Shown piece by piece: positions 12,883 to 25,117 of a stretch of 64,000 nucleotides of DNA. The notes beneath the pieces were generated by a model that ran no database searches, was not told the DNA's origin, and saw nothing but the letters and a program-made list of their open reading frames with translations. The stretch is from Eledone cirrhosa (taxonomy: Eukaryota). Both the position numbers and the translations under genes were made by a program. Numbering within the stretch: the first letter of the stretch is position 1; each line of letters starts with the position of its first letter. Where the stretch lies: contig OZ024754.1 in the NCBI GenBank assembly GCA_964016885.1, positions 26,660,001 through 26,724,000 of the forward strand. Reading direction: 5' to 3'.

Positions 12883-14977
12883 TATATATATGATTGTTTC
12901 TCGTTCTGTCTTGTTCCCTCATTCCATTCACCTAAATAAGTATCTAAATATTTTTATCACAAAAGAAACTTTAAACACTGAAGAAGATATATATATATAT
13001 ATATATATATATAATTGGATGCCTATTTCTTTTCTTTTTGATCCAGCGAAACCATGTGTTGCTAGAAGTCACCTACACGTTATTTCAAATCCATAAATCA
13101 AAGATCTATTATATTAAACTTCACGTTAGAAGGGCCATAGTAACAGTGTTACCTTTTGTCCTTGTATTGTTACCCATGCTTTAGGCCCTTGTAAAAGAAA
13201 TTATTATTATTATTGTTGCTGAGGGCGGTGCATTGGCAGTATCGGTAGAGGATCAGACACCATGCTTTGCAGCATAGAGTTACGGCCCCTTATGATCTGA
13301 GTTCAAATCCCGCTGAGGTTAACTTTGCCTTTCATCCTTACGGGGTCAATAAAATAAAGTATCAGTAATATATTGGTGTCGATTTAATCAACTTTACGCT
13401 GCCCTTCAACTTGGCCTTGAGCCAAATGTAGAAACAATTATTGTTATTATTAAAGTTGCGGCCCTTTACCTTCTAAGTTTAAATCTTGCCAAGGTTAGCT
13501 TTGCCTTTCATCCTTACGGGGTCAATAAAATAAAGTACCAGTAATGCACTGGATTCAATTTAATCGAATTCCCTTCTCCACAAATTGTTGGCCCTGTACC
13601 TAAATCAGAAACTATTATTATTGTGCAGATCAAAACCATTCCATCTATGACCATCCTGTCTTTTTTGCATGACTAAATTGTCTAATGTGAGCTTCTCTAC
13701 TTAAGAGGATAGGATGTTATTTGAGGAAATTGGACAGCTATATATAGCAGCTTGAGTAGCTGTGTAATGGCACCCTCATTGGCATGATGTTGGAAATTAT
13801 AGGACAATCAACTGATCATCACTAGCAATCATGCAGAACAGGACGTTAACTCTTTTTTCTTTTTAAGAAAAAAGAGTTAACGGGAGGAAATCACTGAAGA
13901 TCTCACAGAAAAATGTGTGATGAAAGAACTTTGAGAAATTATATATGTATTTATATTTTCAACTGTTGGTCAATCAATGAAACATTGCCAGCTAAATTAT
14001 AAAAAATATAAAGATATACTGAAGCGAAAATCAAACCAAACAATGAGGATGTTTTTTTAATTATTTTTGGCAATATTAGGACAGCATGACTCTCCCCAAA
14101 TATAACAATATGTTTAACAATATTTCTATTAAAAGACAATGTTTATGTTTTTCGAATAATTTTGAAAATATTCAAGAGTTAGAAAGGATATATTAATATG
14201 ACAGGATTTTAAGAATTAACCCATAACATCTTGTATTATATGAAACGGTACAGAGTTGCAACTCTGAGTTCAAATCCTGCCAAGGTTAGCTTTGACTTTC
14301 ATCCTTATGATGTCGATAAATAAAGTAGTAGTAATGCACTGGGGTCAATTTAATCAACTTTTTCCTCCCCCAAAATTGTTTGCCTTCTGACTAAATCAGA
14401 ATCCATTACATGAAACGGCACTAGCAAGTACAAAAGAACACAATGACATCACATTAATAATTAAAAATTTTATTCTAATACCATAATTTTTCAGTATCAA
14501 CATTTCACTAGTAAAGATACTATACACATTTGAATTAACAAATCACTTTTAAACATTTGAAGTAACGAACCACTTTTAGAAATGTTTCTGCTAATTTATT
14601 ACAGGATGTTAAGAGTTAATGGCATGAACTGGATATTACCAAAGTAAATATAGAAATAACGTGATCGACAGATCAACTCTGTAATCAATTGAATCCACAA
14701 TAATACTGGTCAGAAACAATTTATTCAAAGTGTACTGATTATTTTTTACTATTGTGTTATTATTATTATTATTATTTTTATTTTTATTTCGTATATTTTG
14801 TAATGCTGATTTTCAAATTAGCCTACTTATTCTAATTTTACTCAAGTTAAATATGTATGTATGTGTAAACAAACATACCCATGTATGAGTAAATATATAT
14901 ATACATACATACATACACATACATATATACATACATACATACACATACATATATACATACATACACATACATATATG

Positions 14978-15027
<50 letters not shown>

Positions 15028-15436
15028 CATTATTTACACAAAAAAATATAAATATAGACATATATATATGTAGATCGTCAAGTAGAGTTTAGATTTCTAA
15101 TGTTTCAAAATGGCATGATTCGCAACTCCATTACTCCATTACTAAGTTAAACAATTTAAATAGACGCAGCAGGGTTAGCTTCATTACTGTCGAGAAAAGA
15201 ATAATAATAATTGTTTCTACTTTTGGCACAAGGCCAGCAATTATCCCAGTGTATTACTGGTACTTTATTTTATCGACCCGGTAAGGATGAAAGGCAAAGT
15301 TAACCTCGGCAGGATTTGAACTCAGAATGTAAAGGGACGTAACTATGCTAGAAAGCATGGCGTCCGAATAATAATTGTTTCTACTTTAGGCACAAGGCCA
15401 GCAATCACCCAGTAGTAAATTAGAAAAAAATAAAAT

Positions 15437-15505
<69 letters not shown>

Positions 15506-15624
15506 CACACACACACATATATATATACATTTATATATATATATACATTTATACTATCCAAGAAAAACTTGAACCGTTAAGGTATCTTTTCTTGGTTATG
15601 TCAAAATTTATAAAACAAACTTTG

Positions 15625-15687
15625 TATTTTATCTGATGAAAGCATACCAAAGTTTTGGTACCCTTGAAATATATATATAATAGAATA
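15625..15687 (+). ncRNA. Minimal type I hammerhead ribozyme motif in a (TA)n-flanked segment (about 15555-15830)
   Basis: UAUUUUAU-CUGAUGA-AAGcaUACCAA(AGUU)UUGGUAccCUU-GAAA-UAUAUAUAUA^AUAGAAUA; 8-bp helix I, extended by atttataaaac/gttttataaat. Confidence 0.7.
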
Positions 15688-15931
15688 AATATGGTTTTAT
15701 AAATATAGTTTCCATTTATTTAATATCATTGAATATTATACTCCAGAAAACCTGTCCAGTGCTCCAAATCAGTTATAAACATTTATATTTGTTGAATTAC
15801 CAACAAATTGAATATCCCTTTGCTTATATATACATTTATATATATATACATATATATATTTATATATATATATATATATATACATAACGAAATATATATA
15901 TACATATATATATTTACATATATGTATATAG

Positions 15932-15969
<38 letters not shown>

Positions 15970-16174
15970 GTGTATATAGCTATATTCATGTGTATATATA
16001 GCTATATTCATGTGTATATATACCTATAGTATTATGTATATATATATCTATATATACATATAAATATATATATATACCCATATATACATATATGTATATA
16101 CATATATATATATATATACGCAAACACTCACATACATATATTCTTGGTATGGTGAACTAACTGTTGTGGAACTA

Positions 16175-16222
<48 letters not shown>

Positions 16223-17874
16223 CACACATATATGTAATCACTTTAAAATACATGCTCAAATATTAACAATTTACTGTTAACAAAATAAACTACCCCTCTC
16301 CCCCTCACTATAGTACAGAAATGTTTTTATTGCAATAGATTCCAGATCAATCATCGAATCAACTGACGTTCAATCAAAATATTTGAAATAACTATTTTTT
16401 TTATTCTTCTTTATATCATCTTTACTAATTAAATTTTTTCTATTTTCTTTTATCTTATTTTTTTTCCGTCTATTTATTTATTTTCTTTTTCTCTCTCTTA
16501 AAAATATATATTGTTGCCCTGCATATTTACTCTCTAATAAAGGAGTAGCTTTCAACATTTTTTACTGTTGTCAATATTTCTATAAGCGACATGTTAAGAT
16601 TTTTATCTTGCAATGTTGTCTACATATATACACACAAACATACGTATATATATACACACACACACGTATATATATATATATACACACACACATGTATGCA
16701 TATATATGTATGTATGTATGTATATATGTAGAGATGACCCCTTAGCCTTTATCAAGGCAGAATTATAGGAGAAGGAAAACTCTGATATAACACCTGCAAC
16801 CCTGATGGTATCCAATGATGTTGACTTGTTCTTCTTTTTGGGAAATATCATCTTGGTTAAGAGAGTGGGACTGGCTTTGTGCAGTGCCTTTGCTCACTAT
16901 AAAAGCTTCACGGCACAGGCATTGCTTTATATCTGGAGATCTCTCTGCACTTGTCATCACATGGTACCATGGGCCCAGCACTATGTGTCAATAATTGTCA
17001 CAGGTGTAGTGTTTGTACCAGAGTTTTCAAGTCGCTGGCTGAACTAAAAATCACACTCGTTCAGCGCATCGGTAGGGGTTCTCCTACATGGATATAAAGT
17101 GGTGGCCGTACTCGAAAACGAGTTGGCAGCCACCATGTATATATATATATATGTGTGTGTGTGTATGTATGTATGTCAAAGGTAAACAGAAATAACAACA
17201 CAATCGGTACAGTATATGAGAGGAATATATTAGGTTAACGCTTGAAATAGCAGTAAGTGGGTCTTAACGTTTTGGACGCCAGGCCTTCAAAAGAATGAGA
17301 AATTAGAAAGATGATGGGACGGGCAAGGAGGAATCGGAAAAATTGTTTATATATATATATATATATATATAATGTATATATATAAATTTAAATTATTTTA
17401 AAAGCCATACAATGCATTAGAAAATTAAAGGTGTCAAGATAACGATAGGATCTTTCCATAGCAAATTTAATTATCCCAAATATTTAAAAAAAACTCATTA
17501 TCAAGGGAGTATCCCCGTGAATCTCTTAAAGGATCAGTCGGAGATAAGTTGTGGTTAGGAAGGCAGATTTAATTTATCATATATATATATATATCATATA
17601 TATATGTATGATATATATATATATACAGACTCGTAGCAATGGTGCACTTTTCTGGTGCATGGCTGCTGCCAAACAGTCAGTGAAACTGTAGTTGAGACTT
17701 TGAAGAAAACATAGGTATATTTTTGTCTATTATTTCCTCGCATTTATAATTTGTTATATATATATATATATATATATATAAATATATAAGTATAAATTCA
17801 GCGAGAATCGCATTTAGAAAAAGCGAAACATAACGCAAATTCAGAAAATATATATATATATATATATATATATA

Positions 17875-19994
17875 GTAAAAGAATGAAGAATAACTAGTCC
17901 TTCATCAGAAGAAAGAATGAGAAATAAGATGGATGGGCGGGATGGAATTAGAAAAAATGTCTTTAGATAAAAATAACAGGTCCATTCATGTTGACAACTC
18001 TTGCAAAACTGTTGGTGCTGGCGTTTTGTGTATGATTTGTTTTTTTTTTAGAAAAGTGGATGATGGAGCGCGTCTACCTGAAACGGAAAAAAAAACATTT
18101 TGTAAAAAGAGCTATACTTGAGCACGTGCTTGTGTGTGTATGTCTGTACGAAGCTAAGAAGAAATGTGTGTGTACATGTGAGTAAAAGAGTGTGTGTAAG
18201 TACGAAGCTATGAGCAAAAGTATGTTGATATAAGGGTGTGTATGTGTGTATACAGAGCAGTGAAGGGAAAAGTGGAGTGAACATATATAGTCGGCCTGTA
18301 TTAGTTGTAAGAGAAGCTGCTAATGATCAAGAGAAAGCGATAGGAATCTAGGGTTGTGATAATGGACGGTGTGATAGAGAAATTGGGGAGGTGAGTTGAG
18401 TCCAAGAGGGGAATAGGACTCAAGGCGGTGAATCAGACTTTGTTCAGTCCTGGTGCGCGAGGCCTGTGATCCAAGATGTAAAAGGGCACCCAGGACTGAA
18501 ACATGTAGGGAAGAATGTCCAGGAGAACAGAAATGACGTGCGACAGGAATATCCAAACCGAGTCGTATATCCCTCAAATGTTCGGCAAAACGGTCCGCCA
18601 TACGGCGTCCAGTTTGTCTGGTATATAAAGACCCGCAAAGGGAACACAGGAGGGTGAAGGAATGGCGGATACGGAAAGACCCGTTAGGGCCTGTAAGAGT
18701 GGTGAGGGTGGAAATAAAGGGACAAGTGTTGCAGCGGGAGCAAGAACAAGGATGAGAGCCGGATAGAGTCGTGGGAAAGGGCGAAAAGGAACTGCGAACC
18801 AAGAGGTTGCGGGTGCGCTTAAAAGCAGTAATGGGTGGGTTTGGAAAAAAGCGAGAAGTGATGGGGTCAGAAGAGCGGTTACAGAAGGAACGGAGGATAT
18901 GTCGCCGGAGTGGTAGGGTGATGGGGTGGTAGGTGAGAGGGAAAGGAACACGGGTGTTGGGAGGGCGGGGTGAGGTGAGAGGGCTGTGGTGCGGTCTGTT
19001 TCACGGGCGCGGGTGAGAGCAGCTTGGATCAGGATGGGGGGGATATCCACGCTAGATGAAGCAGGAAGCCATGCGAAGGGATGGGGTTTTGAAATCGTTG
19101 TCCTGGCTACAGAGTCAACGAAGACGGAGGAATTGGGAATAGGGTATGGAGTGTTTGGTGTGGGTTTGATGGGAGGAGGTGAAGTCGAGGTAAGTTTGGG
19201 AGTCTGTTGGTTTAATGTAGATGGAAGTAGAGAGGGTGTGGTGAGAGTGATTAATAGATAGAGAGATATCTAGAAAAGCGACAGAAGAATCGGAGATGGA
19301 GGCAGTGAAATTGAGAGCAGGATGTAAAGATTGGACAAAAGAAAGAAAACAGTCAAGCTGTTCTCGTGATAGAAAGGTGGCGCCGATATAACGACCGTAT
19401 AGCTCAGGAGTCGATCCAACATACTGGGAGAAGATCTGGGCTTCGACGTAGCCAACAAACAAGTTGGCATAGTTTGGACCCATTCTGGTTCCCATCGCTA
19501 CCAGCCAGACGAAGAAGAGTGGTAGTGCTGGGGTAAGGGGTAGGACGTAAATCTAAAAAATGTTGGTGAGTGCAGAGGCCGTCATCATGAGGGATGACGG
19601 TATAGAGAGAAGTGATGTCCAGGGTAAAGAGAAGGTGGGAGAGACCAGGAGGGAAGGAGAAAGAGTTGAAGAGCCTAAGGGCATGATTTATATCGTGGAT
19701 GTGGGAGGGGAGATTGCCGACCAATGGGGCGAGGATGGTGTCTAAATATTCAGAAATGATCTCAGTGAGGCAGTTGCACGCAGAAATGATAGGACGGCCA
19801 GGATTATTTTGTTTGTGTATTTGGGGGAGGAAGTAGATGGTGGGTGTGCAAGGGGTGCGAACAATAAGGTTGGTGGCTGTAGGGGGTAGGAGAGAGGAGG
19901 AGACAAGCTCGTGGATGGTGGAGGACACGAGTTGTTGGTAGCCAGGAGTGGGGTCGGAGGAAAAAGGGGTCCTAACAATCCCAAACCCCTTCAT
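17875..19994 (-). mobile_element. Decayed Penelope-like retroelement (RT plus GIY-YIG endonuclease) with 3' pLTR-like tail ending in (TA)n
   Basis: Frameshifted ORFs with LPQIHK..PGRPII, LDITSLYT, MGTRMGPNYANLF, FLDISL, YIKPTDSQTYLDFTSSH, and GIY-YIG-type CSLCGSLYTRQTGRRMADRFAEH...VARHF...PLGLN. Confidence 0.88.
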
Positions 19995-20591
19995 GTCAGC
20001 AGTTTATCCCAGGTAGGTGTTGGTGATTACGAGAGACGGAGTATTCATTTATCAAATGAAGTAGACGGGATTATTCACCATAATTGTTTATTGCATGATC
20101 TATAACACCAGTTATTATCTACAAAATGGTAACCCCTGTGCTCCCAACTTAATTAAGAAAAAGTTGGATATGAACCAGTTATAAGTTTGATTGAAACAAC
20201 CCAGTACAGCACCCTCGATGAGATTCAAGCACGTACCGATTTTCAACTTAAAACACATTTTTTTTATCGACTCTCAGATACTCCATAATTCTATCTACAT
20301 AATGTTTTAAGTAAAATGGTATTTTAAGCATCGATTCTAACGTGCACACATACATCTTTATAATAAAACACAATTGTCACATGACAACCCCTTTCTGCTA
20401 GATTTGTTTGAGAAATAGTAATTTGATATCTTCATCCTACTTCAGCCTTTGTTTCTCTCGGTGTTGATTAGACGGCCAGTAGTCAAGAAATTATCTTCGG
20501 ACAATAAAAACACCTACCTACCTATCTAGCTGTATATCTATCTATCTAGCTATGTCTGTCTGACTATAGTTACCTATTTATATATATATAA

Positions 20592-20830
20592 AGTGGTCGT
20601 GTAGGTATCACAACAAAAAGCACCCAGCCCACACCGTGAGGTGGTAGTGTAGGTGTCACAACATAAAGCACCCAGCCCACACTGTAAAGTGGTGGTGTAG
20701 GTGACATGACAAAAAACACCCAGTCCACACTGTAAGGTCGTAGTGTAGGTGTCACGACAAAAAGCACCCAGCCTACACAGTCAAGTGGTCATGTAGGAGT
20801 CACAACAAAAAGCACCCAGCACACACTGCG
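20592..20830. repeat. Diverged tandem repeat of about 43 bp inside a family-B SINE tail; similar expansion at 36570-36885
   Basis: aaaagcacccagcccacactgtaaagtggtggtgtaggtgtcacaac-like units. Confidence 0.7.
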
Positions 20831-21282
20831 AATGTGGTTGGTGTTAGGAAGGGCATCCAGCCGTAGAAACCTAACTAGAAACAGTCCTATATGAACAAAA
20901 CACGGTCACCTCACCTGACTTGCCTCTAATGGGACAGCCCGTCTAACCCATGCTAGCGTGGAAAATGGATGTTAAACGATGATGATGATGATGATGATGA
21001 TGATAATTATGATGAATCTATTTTAGACAACAACAAAGCACACATCACAATAGCAGTTCGAAGATAGATCAGGTCGGTAAAACTTAAGTTATCATAATTT
21101 AGCGCATATATGTTTATAGTGCCTGAAGAATATATGGAAAAGATTATTACAATTGACTGGGAAATGAAATAAAACGTCTGGAGCGATAAGGTCAAGGAAA
21201 ATTGAGGATTGAAACATACTTTTTACAATAAACCCCGTCACTTATGATGGGTACATTTTCCTGTCCACTCACTTTAACATAT

Positions 21283-21541
21283 ATGGTGGAACTCGGTTCA
21301 CAAACTTAATTCGTTCGTTACTCTAAATGATGAGATAGAAATACAGTGAGAGAGACATTGTGTGAAAGACAGATAGATATCACCATAGTAAGTAAACTAC
21401 ACTCCAAGCTTGTTGCCAGCTTACATGTTCGTTACTTGAGACACCGTTCATGAACCGAGACGTGAAATGTTCAGATAAAATTGTTCATGAACCGAGACGT
21501 TAAATGTTCAGAAAAATTGTTTGTGAACCAAGGTTCCACTG
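21283..21541. mobile_element. Degenerate Tigger/pogo-like MITE
   Basis: Terminal inverted repeats gtggaa-ctcggttcacaaac / gtttgtgaaccaaggttccactg. Confidence 0.45.
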
Positions 21542-21971
21542 ATATAATTTTCGTTAAGTTTCTTGTGAACAGAAGATAGGGATCCTAGTGGCTTTAATGG
21601 GACCCTAAAGGAGGTTTTACTTGCTTTAGGGCTCAGCATAGATTAATGCTGGAGCCTTAGCACTTTTAATTTTCATTAAATTTCTTGCGAGCATGATGTA
21701 CCAGGTACCCTAAATCAGTTCCTAGCTACATTAACCCGCCGTTGGTCCCAGTCTAACATTATTTCATCAATTTTGGCTGCTAATTCTAACAGGTCAACCC
21801 ACAACGAACAAGCTCCCATGTTTACCCTTGCTCTTTACATTGAGTTCAAAATCATGCCAAGGTCAACTTTGCTTTTCATTCTTCCAGGGTCGCTAAAATA
21901 AAGTGCCAGTCAGATACTGGGATCGATATAATCGATGCCCTCCTCCCACAATCTAATAAAAACAACAAAAC

Positions 21972-22164
21972 AAATACTGACCTTGTGCCTAAATTAGAAA
22001 CATTAGTCGATTGAAGTAATGGTGGCCAAAGGGAGATAGCTGTACTTGTAATCGTCATAGTATCCAAGGGAGATAATTATACTTGTGCTGGTATAGCTAT
22101 CTCCCTTTGGCCACCATTACTTCAATCGACTAATGTTTCTAATTTAGGCACAAGGTCAGTATTT
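21972..22164. repeat. Perfect 70-bp inverted repeat with 53-bp spacer
   Basis: 21972-22041 is the reverse complement of 22095-22164. Confidence 0.9.
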
Positions 22165-23281
22165 AGAAAGTGGTCACTTTCTACAGGGGAGACAACTAAA
22201 GTATTGATTGCTTAGTTGATAAATATTGTAACGCCCCTACTTATTCTCGGGTCCCAAATAATAGGGGTGGAAAATCGATAATTTTTCTAGATTGTCTCCG
22301 TTGATATTTTTTTAAAACCAGAATCAGTCGTTCAGCTTACACATTGAGACCCCCAACCCATCCTATTTATTTTTATAGCATATGGGATTTCTAGTAATGT
22401 ATAATTCAACTGGCACTTAGGTATAAAACAGTTAATTATAGTAACACCAATATTTAGCTGGTACTTAGGTATAAAATAGTTAATTATAGTAATCCAATAT
22501 TTAACTGGTTCTTAGGTATAAAACAGTTGATTATAGTAACCCCAGTATTTAACTGGTACTTATTTTTATTTCCTCTTGGAACTATTTGAACTGAAAATGT
22601 AAAAGACAGGTTTGAATAAAGCTAAACAGTTTCTCTGATATTTTAACAATTCAGCCAACCAATTACTTTCATACAATAATAATTGTTTCTACTTTAGGCA
22701 CAAGGCCAGCAATTACCCAGTGCATTACTGGTACTTTATTTTATCGACCCCGTAAGGATGAAAGGCAAAGTCAACCTCGGCGGGATTTGAACTCAGATCG
22801 TAAAGGACGTAACTATGTAACTATGCTGGAAAGCATGGCGTCCGACCCTCTACCGATACTGCCAATCCACCGCCCTTTCATACAATAATAATAGAAATTA
22901 TTGTGTACAGTGCTCAGGTACACTACAACTCATCAAAGGTCATGTATAGTACATAAAATAATTGTTTCTACTTTTGGCACAAGGCCAGCAATTACCCAGT
23001 ACATTACTGGTACTTTATTTTATCGACCCCGTAAGGATGAAAGGCAAAGTGAACCTCGGCATGATTTGAACTCAGAACGTAAAGGGACGTAACTATGTAA
23101 CTATGCTGGAAAGCATGGCGTCCGACTCTCTACCGATACTGCCAATCCACCGCCCTTGTATAGTACATTATGTATAGTACATAAAATAATTTACAAATGT
23201 TAGGAAAGTGAACAGTGTATGAGTCATGATATACACACACAATAATGATTTCGTTTTCATAATAATAATAATAATAATTTA

Positions 23282-23287
23282 TTTATT
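23282..23287 (-). promoter_or_regulatory. Candidate polyadenylation signal of CDC123
   Basis: tttatt on + strand (AATAAA on -) downstream of the stop codon. Confidence 0.45.
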
Positions 23288-23459
23288 TTTTACAAAACAA
23301 TAAAAATTAAATAAATCTCTAAAATGGATTAAAATGAAAATTGGATGCTTATCAGAGGTCAAGATGAAATACTGGAGGTCAGTTAAGTAAAGAATTAGTT
23401 GTCAGTTAACACACATACTAATTAAGACCATCAAGTACATCATATCTTCTGGGATGTCA

Positions 23460-23504
23460 TCATTTCTCCTCATCTGAATCCTCATTTACCATTTTAGAGT
23501 TTTG
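23460..23504 (-). CDS. CDC123: CDC123 exon 12, coding part ([14 protein letters not shown])
   Basis: TTTCAG acceptor, tandem TGA TGA stop, AATAAA about 175 nt downstream. Confidence 0.8.
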   Translation of the reverse strand, partial: QNSKMVNEDSDEEK

Positions 23505-25066
23505 CTGAAATAACAATAATAATAGTAATAATAACAGTTTCTACTTAAGGCACAAGGCCAATAATCTTTTTTTTGGGGGGGGGGGGGGGGAGTTGATTAA
23601 ATCGACCCCAGTGCGTGGCTGGTACTTTATTTTATCAACCCTATAAAGATGAAAGGCAAAGCTAATCTCGACGAGATTTGAATTCAGTGCATAAAGGGTC
23701 GTAACTCCATGCTGCAAAGCATGATGTCCAACGTCCTACCGTTACTTCCAAGCCACCAATCTTAACAATAATAATTGTTTCTACTTTAGGCACAAGGCCA
23801 GAAATTTTTGGGGGCAAGGAAAGTCGATTAAATCGACCCCAGTACATTAAAGATGAAAAGCAAAGCTAACCTCGGCACGATTTGAACAAATAATAATAAT
23901 AATTCTTTTTAACAATAGCACATGGCCAGCAATTTGAGCAAAGGGGGAAGTCGATAAAATCAACCCCAGTACTAGATTGGTATATTCTTTTTATAACATA
24001 AAAGCAGGGCTATTTCAAGCAAGTAGGTATTGAAAGGGTTAATAAATAAAGCAAGTTTGTTTTGAAACAGCGAGCGAAGTTTGAAATTTGTTATAAATAG
24101 AAGCTTTTGCCACTATCGGGCTAAAATTTCTTTAGTCAAACGTACGGCTAAAGTTTTTTCTAACAAATTTTTGTTAATAAATAAGTTTTAATCCCAATCA
24201 CCCTTATTTTCTTCTGTATTTATTAAAGTAAATTTTCTCTGTTTTATTTTTATTTTGAAGTTTCAAAAACATCACTTACCAGTTTTAAGAAATCAACCAA
24301 TTTATATGGGTCGGTACCCAAGGATAAATCGACAAAATCTTTTGGTAGAGCATAATATGCATAAGGGTTTGGTTTCATTGCACTCTGGGATTCACAGACA
24401 TATCGCAATACAGGAAGCTGTTAGGGGTAAGGTAAAAACAATTATTAGGGGTTCTTTTTATGACAGAAAATAAAATAACATCAAAAAAATTTCAGATTAA
24501 AGAAGGCAAAAAACGGCAACCAGATTATGAGTCACGATATCAACACAAGTGGAAATGTACTCTCTCTACCAGAAACACCCTGTCAAACATTATGAAAAAG
24601 ATGAAACAAAGCACACCTATATATATAAAAAAACACACAACCAAGTTCAACTTACCTGAACATCATATATACACATCTCTCTATATATATATATATGTAA
24701 AAACACAATCCAGCTTACCTCTTGTACATCACCTGAACTTTCTTCATCATCAGTTGTAGGTTTTTGGAAAGGATGGTCACATAACAGTTCTGACCAATCA
24801 AACATTAGACTGTCGGTAATTGGGCCAAAAGGGTTAAAATCTAAAAGTTCTACTTTTCCCTGAAATAAAAAAAAAAAAAAAAAAAAATCAAGTATATATA
24901 TATAGGAAAAGAGTCAGGACCCCGATGGCTGAGCTCCGGCCGTTTTGACAGTTGCATGCGAACTTGGGTTGGGGTCCTGACTCTCTTCCTATTACCCACT
25001 CTACTACCCTAAGTATTGAGTACTCTGGTGCGTTATGGTCCACCTGGTTCCTTACCACACTTTCTT

Positions 25067-25117
<51 letters not shown>

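Noticed and set aside
13844-13882. 18-bp palindrome as terminator or regulatory site
   Set aside because: Low-complexity arms; probably a collapsed TTAA-type MITE or local inversion with no functional evidence
17880-17915. Hammerhead at the PLE 3' end (minus strand CUGAUGAAGGAC), and a similar remnant at about 17265-17295
   Set aside because: The GAAA and helix III half is missing or the core is mutated; at most a relic
24651-24660. Alternative donor (CAG|GTAAGT) extending exon 10
   Set aside because: The extension runs through TA-repeat sequence and the upstream GAG|GTAAGC donor already gives the conserved frame; cannot be supported without RNA data
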